In this document: one piece after another, positions 53,047 to 61,935 of the stretch | Position numbering within the stretch: the stretch's first letter is position 1 | How the letters are laid out: each line of letters opens with the position of its first letter | Source of the DNA: an uncultured Candidatus Saccharibacteria bacterium | Lineage (GTDB): Bacteria > Patescibacteriota > Minisyncoccia > Phycocordibacterales > Phycocordibacteraceae | Direction of reading: 5' to 3' | DNA length: 64,000 nt | Assembly (NCBI GenBank): GCA_964507275.1 | Contig: CAZDPG010000001.1 | Span: forward strand, 20,958 to 84,957 | Made by a program: the position numbers and the translations under genes | The notes under the pieces: generated by a model | The model's database searches: none | What the model saw: only the letters and a program-made list of their open reading frames with translations | What the model was told of the DNA's origin: nothing

Positions 53047-53904
53047 ATGGCACTTACCGATTCGGTACTGACAGAGCTCGACGCAAAAGCGGAAGCTATC
53101 CGCGAGACAATCATCCAGATGCTCGTGAACGCGGGAAGCGGGCATACGGCGGGACCTCTGGGCATGGCGGATATCTTCGCGGCACTCTATTTCCATATTT
53201 TGAACCACCGTCCGGAAGATCCCTCATGGGAGGAGCGTGATCGGCTCGTACTAAGTAATGGCCACACCTGCCCGGTGCGGTATGCCGCGATGGCGCATGC
53301 GGGGTATTTCCCGGTAGAAGAGTGCCTCACATTGCGAACGTTTGGTAGTCGGTTGCAAGGACATCCAGAGCGATTGCGCCTGCCCGGGCTTGAGACCACT
53401 TCGGGCCCTCTCGGTGAAGGCCTCTCGCAGGCATCGGGTATGGCCTATGCGTTTCGTATGGACGGCACGAAGCAACGCGTGTATTGCATGATGAGCGATG
53501 GAGAACAGCAGGAAGGGAATACCTGGGAAGCAATCATGTTCGCCGGCAAGCACGGGCTCCATAACCTCACCGCAATCATGGACCGGAATAATATTCAGAT
53601 CGATGGCATGACCGAAGACGTGATGCCGCTCGAGCCGATTGCTGACAAGTATCGCGCGTTCAACTGGCATGTGCTCGAAGTGAATGGCAACGATATCTCC
53701 GCATTCATCGGCGCGGTTGAAGAGGCGAAAGCCATCTACGAGAAGCCGACTCTAATTATTGCGCACACTATCCCCGGCAAGGGCGTGCCCGAGATAGAAT
53801 TCGACTATCGCTGGCACGGTAAGCCACCGACGGCCGAAGAAGGGAAACGGTTCCTGAAAGAGATCCGTACCCTGGGCGGGAAGGTGCCGCACGAATATTC
53901 GTAA
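53047..53904 (+). CDS. transketolase, N-terminal (TPP-binding) subunit
   Basis: 'GSGHTAGPLGMADI', 'SNGH', 'GPLGEGLSQASGMA' TPP-binding motifs; 285 aa split-type; the ORF's Arg-rich upstream extension was disregarded. Confidence 0.85.
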   Translation: MALTDSVLTELDAKAEAIRETIIQMLVNAGSGHTAGPLGMADIFAALYFHILNHRPEDPSWEERDRLVLSNGHTCPVRYAAMAHAGYFPVEECLTLRTFGSRLQGHPERLRLPGLETTSGPLGEGLSQASGMAYAFRMDGTKQRVYCMMSDGEQQEGNTWEAIMFAGKHGLHNLTAIMDRNNIQIDGMTEDVMPLEPIADKYRAFNWHVLEVNGNDISAFIGAVEEAKAIYEKPTLIIAHTIPGKGVPEIEFDYRWHGKPPTAEEGKRFLKEIRTLGGKVPHEYS

Positions 53905-53930
53905 CTAAACATGATGTATACTTTCCGTAT

Positions 53931-54410
53931 ATGAACAACAACATGACACACGGTCTGAAGCGAGTTAAATCTTCCGGCTTCACGCTCATAGAATTACTTG
54001 TCGTTATCGCTATCATCGGCATCCTCTCATCGGTCGTGCTTGCGTCGCTCAGCACCGCCCGCGAACGAGGGAATGACGCATCGGTCAAATCAAACCTCAA
54101 TACCATACGAACACAGGCAGAGCTCTATTACATGACGACTGGCAGCAACTCGTATGGCTCGCAGACATGGGTCTCGGGCGCCGCGACCTCATGCACGGGA
54201 GGAATGTTCAGTAACTCGACCGTCGCTAAGGCGCTTGCAACGGCTGACAGTGCAAACGGGTCGGGGAATGTGGATTGCATCGCCGGCAGCACCTATTATG
54301 TCGCCGCCGCCGCGTTACCATCGGGTGGGTATTGGTGCGTTGATCATACCGGCGTGGGGAAGTCATACGCGACCGCACTACCGACGGTTTCAGTATCAGC
54401 GTGTCCATAA
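53931..54410 (+). CDS. type IV pilin / pseudopilin
   Basis: '[26 protein letters not shown]'; 26-nt identical stretch with the 51762 pilin gene. Confidence 0.75.
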   Translation: MNNNMTHGLKRVKSSGFTLIELLVVIAIIGILSSVVLASLSTARERGNDASVKSNLNTIRTQAELYYMTTGSNSYGSQTWVSGAATSCTGGMFSNSTVAKALATADSANGSGNVDCIAGSTYYVAAAALPSGGYWCVDHTGVGKSYATALPTVSVSACP

Positions 54411-54428
54411 ACAGAGTTCCTTTGGTCC

Positions 54429-55415
54429 ATGATTAACCCTTCCGCGAAACTCGCTCCTGCCGCTCTGAGCGATCAGGTTGAAAAAGCACCAACGCGGGAC
54501 GGATTCGGGAAAGGGACAGTGGAAGCAGGGAAGCACGATTCGCGCATCGTCGTGCTCTGTGCCGATCTCTCCGAGAGCACGCGCGCAGAGTGGTTCCAGA
54601 AAGAATTTCCGGATCGATTCATCGAGATGGGCGTTGCCGAGCAGAACATGGCGACGGTGGCAAGCGGTATGGCTGCCGCGGGGAAGATTCCGTTCATCGC
54701 AAGCTACGCGGCATTCAATCCCGGCCGCAATTATGAGCAGATTCGTACGACGATTGCGCTCAACCAAGTGCCAGTCAAGATATGCGGCATGCATGCTGGT
54801 GTCTCGGTAGGTCCGGACGGTGCAACACATCAGATGCTCGAAGACATCGGCATGATGCGTATGCTACCGGGCATGACGGTACTCGTCCCGGGCGATGCGG
54901 AGGAAGCGCGAAAGGCGACTATCGCAGCGGCTCAAACGGACGGGCCGGTATACATCCGCTTCGGTCGCGCAGCAACACCGGTCTTTACGACCGCCCTTAC
55001 GCCGTTCCAGATAGGGAAGGCGCTCGTGCTTTTCAAAGGGAATGCGCCGAAGGTGGCAATCCTTTCGACGGGTTCCTTGAGCTATGTCGCACTCTCGGCC
55101 GCGCGCGAGCTTTCTGAGGAAGGCATCGCAACTATCGTCGTGCATGTCCCAACCGTGAAGCCGCTCGATGAAGAAGCTATTCTCGACGCGGCGAAGTTGG
55201 CAGGGTGTGTCGTCACCGTCGAGGAGCACCAGGTTGCAGGCGGTTTCGGGAGTGCGGTTGCAGAGTTCTTGGCGAAGAAACATCCAGTACCAATGCGCCT
55301 TCTCGGTGTTCAGGATCAGTTCGGGCAATCAGGCTCGCCTGAAGAACTTCTCGCGCATTACGGACTCGATGCTCCTCATATCAAAGACGCGGTGCGAGTG
55401 CTTATTCATGTATAA
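54429..55415 (+). CDS. transketolase, C-terminal (pyrimidine-binding) subunit
   Basis: 'FIEMGVAEQNM', 'FAAFNPGRNYEQIR', 'GPDGATHQ' motifs. Confidence 0.85.
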   Translation: MINPSAKLAPAALSDQVEKAPTRDGFGKGTVEAGKHDSRIVVLCADLSESTRAEWFQKEFPDRFIEMGVAEQNMATVASGMAAAGKIPFIASYAAFNPGRNYEQIRTTIALNQVPVKICGMHAGVSVGPDGATHQMLEDIGMMRMLPGMTVLVPGDAEEARKATIAAAQTDGPVYIRFGRAATPVFTTALTPFQIGKALVLFKGNAPKVAILSTGSLSYVALSAARELSEEGIATIVVHVPTVKPLDEEAILDAAKLAGCVVTVEEHQVAGGFGSAVAEFLAKKHPVPMRLLGVQDQFGQSGSPEELLAHYGLDAPHIKDAVRVLIHV

Positions 55416-55602
55416 TAAAAACCTATGAGAGGAAAGGTAAACTCCTATTTTGCAGCGCTTACCATCACGGTTGCCGGAGCAGCCGCGACGATGCTCATCA
55501 CGCATCTCGCCAATTCAGATACACTCGCTACTTCTTTCGGGGGCAGCTCGGCGACATACGCTGATCTCCAGCAGTCAATTCTCAAGAATCGGCCGTAACA
55601 GA

Positions 55603-56586
55603 TTAAAGCGGTTCGACGCGATACTCCGAGGGAGCAAGAGCGAGATACTCTTCTATCTGCTTCTGTGTGAGAAGACCCTTCTGGGCACCGACTTCCTGTA
55701 CGACTGACATAGAATTCACTGGTCCCCAGAGCATCGCTTCATGGAGCGATTTCCCGAGCGCAAGCGCCGCTACGACAGTCGATGTCATAGCATCACCGGC
55801 TCCCGTGCGGTCTACGGGTGGTTTCGGATCAGGATACATAGGGACTTTCAGCATCTCCGTGCCATCGGATGCGTATGCCCCACGTGGCCCGTCAGTGATG
55901 ACCACGATTTTCGGACCGAGGGCATGCATTTTCTCGAGAAGCTCTCGCGTGTCGGTCGTGCCGAGACCGAGGATGTGTTCCGCTTCTTCTTTATTGCAGG
56001 CGACGAGCTCCGTGCGGGCGTAGAGCGGTGCGAGCTTCTCTTTGCCCATCGCTATTTGGAACGTGCCTGGCTGGAACGCGAGCTTCGTTTCCGGGTGTGC
56101 AGCAAGCCAAGTCGCGAGCTCGCCATGGAACGCCTCCGAATGCTCGCTCGAAGAAGAGAGATAAATCCACAAAGGTGGCTGGAACCCCTCAGGGATGGCA
56201 TAGGGATACGCTTCGTGCCGTATGAGGATAGTTCTCTCGGCGTCGAGCATGAGCACGTAGTGGTGATTGGTCGGGATGCCTTCATTGATCGCTATATGTC
56301 GGGTATCGACGTTTTCCCGAGCAAGCGTTGCGATGATTTCCTCCCCGAACCGGTCTTTGCCGACGTTTGAAACGAATCCAGAAGGGAGGCCGAGACGGGC
56401 AGCAGCCACAGCGGCATTCGCTGCGTTTCCCACTGCCGGGATAAGCACGGAAGATTCATAGGGAATCTTGTCGCCCCATGACATTGAGAGCGTACAATGC
56501 TCTCCGTTCTCATCACAGCTCACGCGAGCCTCTTTCAGTTTGATGAATTCGTCGACGGTCGTGTCGCCGATAGCGATGAAGTCCAT
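55603..56586 (-). CDS. PfkB-family carbohydrate kinase (ribokinase-like)
   Basis: C-terminal 'DRTGAGDAMTSTVV' and N-terminal 'FIAIGDTTVDEF'; start taken at MDFIAIG (ORF opens at 56709). Confidence 0.7.
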   Translation of the reverse strand: MDFIAIGDTTVDEFIKLKEARVSCDENGEHCTLSMSWGDKIPYESSVLIPAVGNAANAAVAAARLGLPSGFVSNVGKDRFGEEIIATLARENVDTRHIAINEGIPTNHHYVLMLDAERTILIRHEAYPYAIPEGFQPPLWIYLSSSSEHSEAFHGELATWLAAHPETKLAFQPGTFQIAMGKEKLAPLYARTELVACNKEEAEHILGLGTTDTRELLEKMHALGPKIVVITDGPRGAYASDGTEMLKVPMYPDPKPPVDRTGAGDAMTSTVVAALALGKSLHEAMLWGPVNSMSVVQEVGAQKGLLTQKQIEEYLALAPSEYRVEPL

Positions 56587-56623
56587 AGGGAAAAGTGTAC
56601 CACGCTCCGTAGAGTGATAGAAT

Positions 56624-57622
56624 ATGAGCATGACTGATCTTGTCGCGACCGCGCGTTCGCTCTTTGCTCCGGGCAAAGGCATTCTCGCCGCCGATGAGAG
56701 CGTGCACACGGCAACAGCGCGCCTTGCTTCCTACGGCATCGGCGCAGGCGCAGAGATGCGGCGGCAGTACCGCAATCTTTTCTTTGGAGCAGACGGTATC
56801 GAGCAGTATCTTTCCGGCATTATACTTTTTTCCGAGACACTGACCGAGAAGGGCGATGATAAAGAGCCGTTTCCCGCATCGTTATTCGCTCGCGGCATCC
56901 TGCCAGGGGTGAAGGTGGACCTCGGTACTGAGCCGTTCCCCGAGAGTCCGCAGGAACTCCTCACACAGGGACTTCTCGATCTCCCCGAACGGTTAGCTCT
57001 CTATAAGGAGCAGGGAGCCGTATTCACGAAATGGCGCGCCGTGGTTCGCATCGACGGCGATCATATGCCGACGCCGCTCGCGTTGCACGAGAATGCGAAA
57101 CGTCTCGCGAGCTATGCGAAAGAAGTGCAGAGTGCCGGACTCGTGCCTATCCTAGAACCGGAACTGCTGTATGAAGGGAAACACAGTCGCCAGCGGGCCC
57201 GAGCCGTCATGACGGAGACGCTAGGAACGCTTTTCTCGGTGCTTGCGGAGCATGCCGTCGACCGCGCGAGCATCATCCTCAAGACGTCGATGGTGCTCTC
57301 GGGGAGCGAGAGCGGAAAAAGCGATACGCCGGAAGAAGTGGCTCTTGATACGCTCGCCGCGCTTTCCGAAAGCGTTCCATCGCAGATTGCGGGTGTTGTC
57401 TTTCTCTCGGGCGGACAGACGCCGGATCAAGCGACCGATAATTTGCGAGCAATAGCTCGGCACGCGAAGGAGATGAACGCTCCATGGCCGATTACCTTTT
57501 CATACGCCCGCGCCCTCCAGGAGGAGGAGCTCACTCTCTGGAAAGGGAAGGAGGAGAATGTCCCCGCCGCCCGCGCAGCATTCCTAGAGCGCCTTGCTAA
57601 AGTCTCCGCCGCCCTCGGATAA
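56624..57622 (+). CDS. fba: class I fructose-bisphosphate aldolase
   Basis: 'KGILAADESVHTATARL' and 'ILEPEL' Schiff-base aldolase class I pattern. Confidence 0.85.
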   Translation: MSMTDLVATARSLFAPGKGILAADESVHTATARLASYGIGAGAEMRRQYRNLFFGADGIEQYLSGIILFSETLTEKGDDKEPFPASLFARGILPGVKVDLGTEPFPESPQELLTQGLLDLPERLALYKEQGAVFTKWRAVVRIDGDHMPTPLALHENAKRLASYAKEVQSAGLVPILEPELLYEGKHSRQRARAVMTETLGTLFSVLAEHAVDRASIILKTSMVLSGSESGKSDTPEEVALDTLAALSESVPSQIAGVVFLSGGQTPDQATDNLRAIARHAKEMNAPWPITFSYARALQEEELTLWKGKEENVPAARAAFLERLAKVSAALG

Positions 57623-57661
57623 GACGCTTGACGATAAATACCAGAGGTATATACTTCTGGT

Positions 57662-57940
57662 ATGAAAGTGGCCATGATTAACATCAAGACGGAACCCTCT
57701 CTGAAGGAGGAGGCACAGGAGCTTGCTGAAGAACTCGGCTTCTCGCTTTCGGCAATCGTTACCGCCTCTCTCAAACAGTTCGTACGTACGCGAGAGGTGC
57801 AGTTCTCCGCACAGCCGCGCATGACCTCGTATCTCGAAGGCGTTCTCAAGGAAGTCGAGAAGGACCTGAAGGCGAAGAAGCGCCTCTCGCCAGCATTCAG
57901 CGCTGGGAAAGAGATGGACGCGTATCTCGACTCCTTATGA
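57662..57940 (+). CDS. type II antitoxin, RelB/DinJ family
   Basis: 'INIKTEPSLKEEAQELAEELGFSLSAIVTASLKQFV' matches the RelB/DinJ RHH pattern; 4-nt overlap with downstream toxin. Confidence 0.6.
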   Translation: MKVAMINIKTEPSLKEEAQELAEELGFSLSAIVTASLKQFVRTREVQFSAQPRMTSYLEGVLKEVEKDLKAKKRLSPAFSAGKEMDAYLDSL

Positions 57941-58209
57941 AGGGCGCGCGGAGCATCATCCTCCACAAGCATTTCGAGAAGCGATACGCGAAGCTCCCAG
58001 AGAAGCTGAAGAAAGCGTTTAAGGTCCGAAAGGACCTCTTCCTCGAGAATCCGGACGACCCGCGCCTTGCCATCCACGCACTCCATGGAGCATACAAGGG
58101 GTACGAGAGTTTCAACGTAACGGGCGATGTTCGTGTCGTGTTCAAAGAGTTACAAAAGACTGCCTTCATATTCGCCGACATCGGCACGCACGACGAACTC
58201 TATTCGTAG
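57937..58209 (+). CDS. type II toxin, YafQ/RelE family
   Basis: 'HFEKRYAKLPEKLKKAFKVRKDLFLENPDDPRLAIHALHGAYKGYESFNVTGDVRVVFK...IFADIGTHDELY' matches the YafQ pattern. Confidence 0.6.
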   Translation: MKGARSIILHKHFEKRYAKLPEKLKKAFKVRKDLFLENPDDPRLAIHALHGAYKGYESFNVTGDVRVVFKELQKTAFIFADIGTHDELYS

Positions 58210-58284
58210 TCTCGTGTATATCCTGGTTTGCACGAGCGACAGAGTCGTTTGCGTTTCTCCGCAGTTTCCCGTATATTTGGGCAT

Positions 58285-58923
58285 ATGCTTAGTTTGAATG
58301 TAGAAAAGCGCGACATAACTGCCGCGACACCAGCAACACTGCGCCGCGCGGGTTCTATTCCTGCCGTGGTGTACGGCGGGCATCAAGTATCGATTCCCAT
58401 CACCGTAGACGCGCGCGTCTTTGAAAAGGTCCTACGAGAAGCCGGTGAAGCGACGATCGTTTCGCTTACGGGACTCGGTGCACCGCTCGCGACGCTCATT
58501 CATGAGATCTCTTTTGATCCGCTCACCAGCCGCCCGCAGCATGTCGATTTCTTTGCGGTGACGAAGGGCGAGAAGGTGCAAGTCGCTATTCCGCTCGTCT
58601 TCGAGGGCGAATCGGCAGCAGCAGAAGCCGGGGCAAACATTGTGAAGGTGCTTCATGAAGTGGAAGTGAAGGCTGATCCGATGAATCTCCCACACGCTAT
58701 TACCGTGGATCTTTCTTTGCTTAAAGCCGTGCACGATCAGATCCATGCGAAGGATCTCGTGCTCCCTGCGGGTGTCGAACTCATCTCCGAATCAGGAGAA
58801 GTCGTCGCTCTTGCGCAGGAAGTCATCGCCGAGAAGGAAGAAGCCGCTCCTGCGGATATCTCCTCAGTCCAGGTTGAGAAGAAGGGCAAGGAAGAAGCTG
58901 CACCAGAGGAGGCAGCAAGCTAA
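58285..58923 (+). CDS. rplY: 50S ribosomal protein L25 / general stress protein Ctc
   Basis: 'MLSLNVEKRD...AGSIPAVVYGG...VDFF' L25 N-domain plus Ctc-type C-extension; TATATT 7 nt upstream. Confidence 0.8.
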   Translation: MLSLNVEKRDITAATPATLRRAGSIPAVVYGGHQVSIPITVDARVFEKVLREAGEATIVSLTGLGAPLATLIHEISFDPLTSRPQHVDFFAVTKGEKVQVAIPLVFEGESAAAEAGANIVKVLHEVEVKADPMNLPHAITVDLSLLKAVHDQIHAKDLVLPAGVELISESGEVVALAQEVIAEKEEAAPADISSVQVEKKGKEEAAPEEAAS

Positions 58924-58979
58924 CAACGTCTACATGATGTGTCATGGCGCGGAGGGCGCCATGGTACACTAACCGAACG

Positions 58980-60365
58980 ATGCGTCGGTTTTTATTTTTG
59001 ATTTCCCTCTGTATATACGCCGCGTTGCCGCCAACGGTACACGCGCAGAGCGCGATGCAGGCCGTCACGGAGCGGCAGCAACAGCTGCAGAACCAGCTGA
59101 ATGTCATCGAGGCTGAAATAGTCGAACAGCAGAAACTGCTCGATGTCGCGCAGAATCAGCACCAGACGCTGCAGACTCAGATAGACGCTTTTAATGCAGA
59201 AATAAAGAAAACACAGCTCCAGATCCAGGCGATTAACCTCACTATCACGAAGTTGAATGGCGATATCGGTGTGCGAAACAAGACGCTTTCACAGCTTTCT
59301 GCTCGTCTCACGGCAGAGAAGGAGTCACTCGCGCAAATATTACGGCAGACGCAGATGATCGATGAGTATTCTGCCATCAGTGTCGGTCTCGGGTCGCAGA
59401 GCGTCTCGGAATTCTTCAGCGACCTCGACGCTTTCACTTCTATCAAGAGCGCACTTGCGGAGTCGTTTAATCAGATAGAGAAGACGAGCGCCTCAACCGA
59501 AGCAGAGAAGGAAGCACTTCAAGCTCGGCTTGCTGAACAGGAACAGTTGCGCACGCTTGCGCAGCTCGCCAAGCAGCAGGTGCAGGCGCAGGAGAAAGAG
59601 AAGCAGAAGCTCCTTTCGCAGACGAAAGGCGTCGAAGCGAACTATCAGAAGCTCATCACGGCTTCGAGGAGAACGGCTGCTCAGATACGGTCGGAGCTCT
59701 TCATGCTGCGTGACAGCGCATCGATTCCATTCGGGCTCGCGCTCACCTATGCCAAAGCAGCTGAGAGAGCGACCGGGACACGTGCCGCACTGACGCTCGG
59801 CGTACTCAAGCAGGAGACGAACCTCGGCGAGAATCTCGGTACCGGCACCTGGCGCGTCGATATGGCGCCGAAGCGCGATCAACCGGTCTTCGTGTACATC
59901 ACGCAGGCGCTCGGTCTCGACCCCGATAAAATGCCCGTCTCGAAGAAACCGTGGTACGGGTGGGGCGGCGCGATGGGTCCCGGACAATTCATCCCCTCGA
60001 CGTGGGTTTGTTATGGCGGATTCGTCAACGTGAATACCAATGGGTGTTCGCCATCCTCCAGCGTCACGAACTTCTGGGAAGGTCCATGGAAGTACGTCGC
60101 AAGCAAGGACCGCGTACGGAAGCTTCTCGGCGCGTCGCAACCATCGAATCCGTGGAACGCAGAGGTGGCTATCATGGCGACCGCCATGCTCATGGCGGAT
60201 AATGGCGCCGACGCGCGTACGCCAGCTGCTGAACGGCTCGCCGCACTCCGCTACTTCGCCGGGTGGACTGGTGCGAAGAATCCGGCGTACGCATTCTACG
60301 GCGACGGGGTGATGGGGTTTGCCGCTCGATTCCAAGCGGACATCGATCAGTTGAGCGGTCTATAG
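58980..60365 (+). CDS. secreted coiled-coil protein with C-terminal lytic-transglycosylase-like domain
   Basis: Signal peptide 'RRFLFLISLCIYAALPPTVHA', about 230-aa Gln/Glu-rich coiled coil, then 'GAMGPGQFIPSTW' MltB/SLT-like motif. Confidence 0.55.
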   Translation: MRRFLFLISLCIYAALPPTVHAQSAMQAVTERQQQLQNQLNVIEAEIVEQQKLLDVAQNQHQTLQTQIDAFNAEIKKTQLQIQAINLTITKLNGDIGVRNKTLSQLSARLTAEKESLAQILRQTQMIDEYSAISVGLGSQSVSEFFSDLDAFTSIKSALAESFNQIEKTSASTEAEKEALQARLAEQEQLRTLAQLAKQQVQAQEKEKQKLLSQTKGVEANYQKLITASRRTAAQIRSELFMLRDSASIPFGLALTYAKAAERATGTRAALTLGVLKQETNLGENLGTGTWRVDMAPKRDQPVFVYITQALGLDPDKMPVSKKPWYGWGGAMGPGQFIPSTWVCYGGFVNVNTNGCSPSSSVTNFWEGPWKYVASKDRVRKLLGASQPSNPWNAEVAIMATAMLMADNGADARTPAAERLAALRYFAGWTGAKNPAYAFYGDGVMGFAARFQADIDQLSGL

Positions 60366-60489
60366 CAAGCAGAGGAGGATAGGGAGTTGTGCGGACCAAT
60401 TGACAACTATTTATTTACCTGTACTATGAGCCCCGGATAAAACAGGGCGGGTCGCCTTGTTTTCATGAACACCTACAGGAGAGACAGCT

Positions 60490-60993
60490 ATGAAGACAAC
60501 GATGCTTGTGATTATTTCCGCGTGCGCCCTCGTCAGTGCCAGCGCTCAGGCGGCACCCGCAGCAAAGAGTGCTCCTTCGATGGTTATCAACGAGGCCGTG
60601 TGGACCGCAGGGAGCGCCGCCGCCACCATCGCGTCCATCGCCGAAAAGAAGGCAGCGAAGCTCAAGGAGCAGGAGAAGGCCTCCCTTGCCGGCAAAACGA
60701 TTGCGGCGCTGTGCGGAGAAGATTGGCCCGCTGCCATCGAAGACGTCACGGTGAACGAATACAAGGAGTCGGTCATCGCCGCTTCGCGCCAGTACATGGC
60801 ACGGATGGACGCGGCCTGCAGGGTCAAGGGACCCTTCGACATCGCTGAAGTCGTCAAGGCGTACCGCGTGTTCACGCCGGCCGGGATGGAAACGGCTCGC
60901 GATAAGCTTCTGCTGAAGCAGGTCGCAACAATGGCTTGCATCACGATGTATCGCGACGGCGAGCAGATTGCCGAAAAGCATCTCAAGATGTGA
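60490..60993 (+). CDS. secreted hypothetical protein
   Basis: Signal peptide 'MKTTMLVIISACALVSASAQA'; no family recognised. Confidence 0.4.
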   Translation: MKTTMLVIISACALVSASAQAAPAAKSAPSMVINEAVWTAGSAAATIASIAEKKAAKLKEQEKASLAGKTIAALCGEDWPAAIEDVTVNEYKESVIAASRQYMARMDAACRVKGPFDIAEVVKAYRVFTPAGMETARDKLLLKQVATMACITMYRDGEQIAEKHLKM

Positions 60994-61012
60994 TGTTCTC
61001 TGGGCCTAGAGA

Positions 61013-61047
61013 GGAAGGGGGGGACAAGTCCGTCCCCTTTTTTATTT
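61013..61047 (+). terminator. rho-independent terminator
   Basis: 'ggggggac aagtc cgtcccc' hairpin followed by 'ttttttattt'. Confidence 0.6.
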
Positions 61048-61090
61048 GTACTGGTAGGCAGAAAAGGGATTTTAGTTGTTCCTAGAACTC

Positions 61091-61882
61091 TTATTGATTC
61101 TTAACGGTCGAGGTCGCTACGGGGTGGGTAGCGAGATATTCTTTCGCGTCACTCAGGATGGTCTTGGTGAAGTAATCAGATAGTTTCGTGGCTTCAGTGA
61201 AGAACGAGGTAGTTGCGGGTGCTAAGGCGCTTGAGGCAGTCTGCATTTTGGTAACAATATCGGAGGACACATTTCCGGTCAGCATACTGTCAACGAGTGT
61301 TGCCATGACAGAGTACTTGGCGACCATGACTTTACCAGTCGTGACAAAATTGTTCGTCAAAAGTACCGTCTCCTGATCGGTCAGAGTCTTGCTGGCAGCA
61401 GCGAGATTATCGAAGTCGCCAGAGAGCGTTGCGAGCCGCACCTTTTGGGCATCATTGATAATTTTTACCTTGTCGCCAATCGTTTTCAACGAAGCATAGT
61501 CTTTATTTTTAACGGCAGTCTGTGACTGTGTAAGAAGAGGGAATAGCTCGTCTTTATAGGCGCGCATCAACGCCGTCGTCTCGTTCGCTATGTTGTTGTA
61601 GATCGAGTAGTAAAGAGGAGTGACCTTTGATTTCGGAAGGATATATTTAGAGGTCCCTGGAGCGGTATTCGTCTGCTTGAAGTCGACAATTTGGGGAGGT
61701 GTTTGTGAAGTCGAACTCGTGCCAGATGGTTCGCCCGTTCTCGAAGGGAGAACCTTCATGTATACGTAGAGGGCTCCAGCTCCAATAAGCAGGACGACGA
61801 GAATACTTCCGCCCCAAATAAGTACGTTGCTGCGTTGCTGAGTAAGATTTACGTCGGGTTCAGATTCAGATGTAGGGTACAT
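61091..61882 (-). CDS. membrane-anchored hypothetical protein
   Basis: One N-terminal TM helix 'VLIWGGSILVVLLIGAGALYVY', Ser/Thr-rich linker, then helical extracellular domain; start at MYPTSE (ORF opens at 61912). Confidence 0.4.
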   Translation of the reverse strand: MYPTSESEPDVNLTQQRSNVLIWGGSILVVLLIGAGALYVYMKVLPSRTGEPSGTSSTSQTPPQIVDFKQTNTAPGTSKYILPKSKVTPLYYSIYNNIANETTALMRAYKDELFPLLTQSQTAVKNKDYASLKTIGDKVKIINDAQKVRLATLSGDFDNLAAASKTLTDQETVLLTNNFVTTGKVMVAKYSVMATLVDSMLTGNVSSDIVTKMQTASSALAPATTSFFTEATKLSDYFTKTILSDAKEYLATHPVATSTVKNQ

Positions 61883-61935
61883 ACTATGTTGATAACACTT
61901 ATTGTATGGCATTATCTTGCGATATACTACGAGTT

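Noticed and set aside
55425-55598. 57-codon ORF 'MRGKVNSYFAALTITVAGAAATMLITHL...' between tkt-C and the PfkB kinase gene
   Set aside because: Below size cutoff, with no motif, no recognisable promoter/RBS context and Ala-rich composition expected by chance at this GC. Left unannotated.
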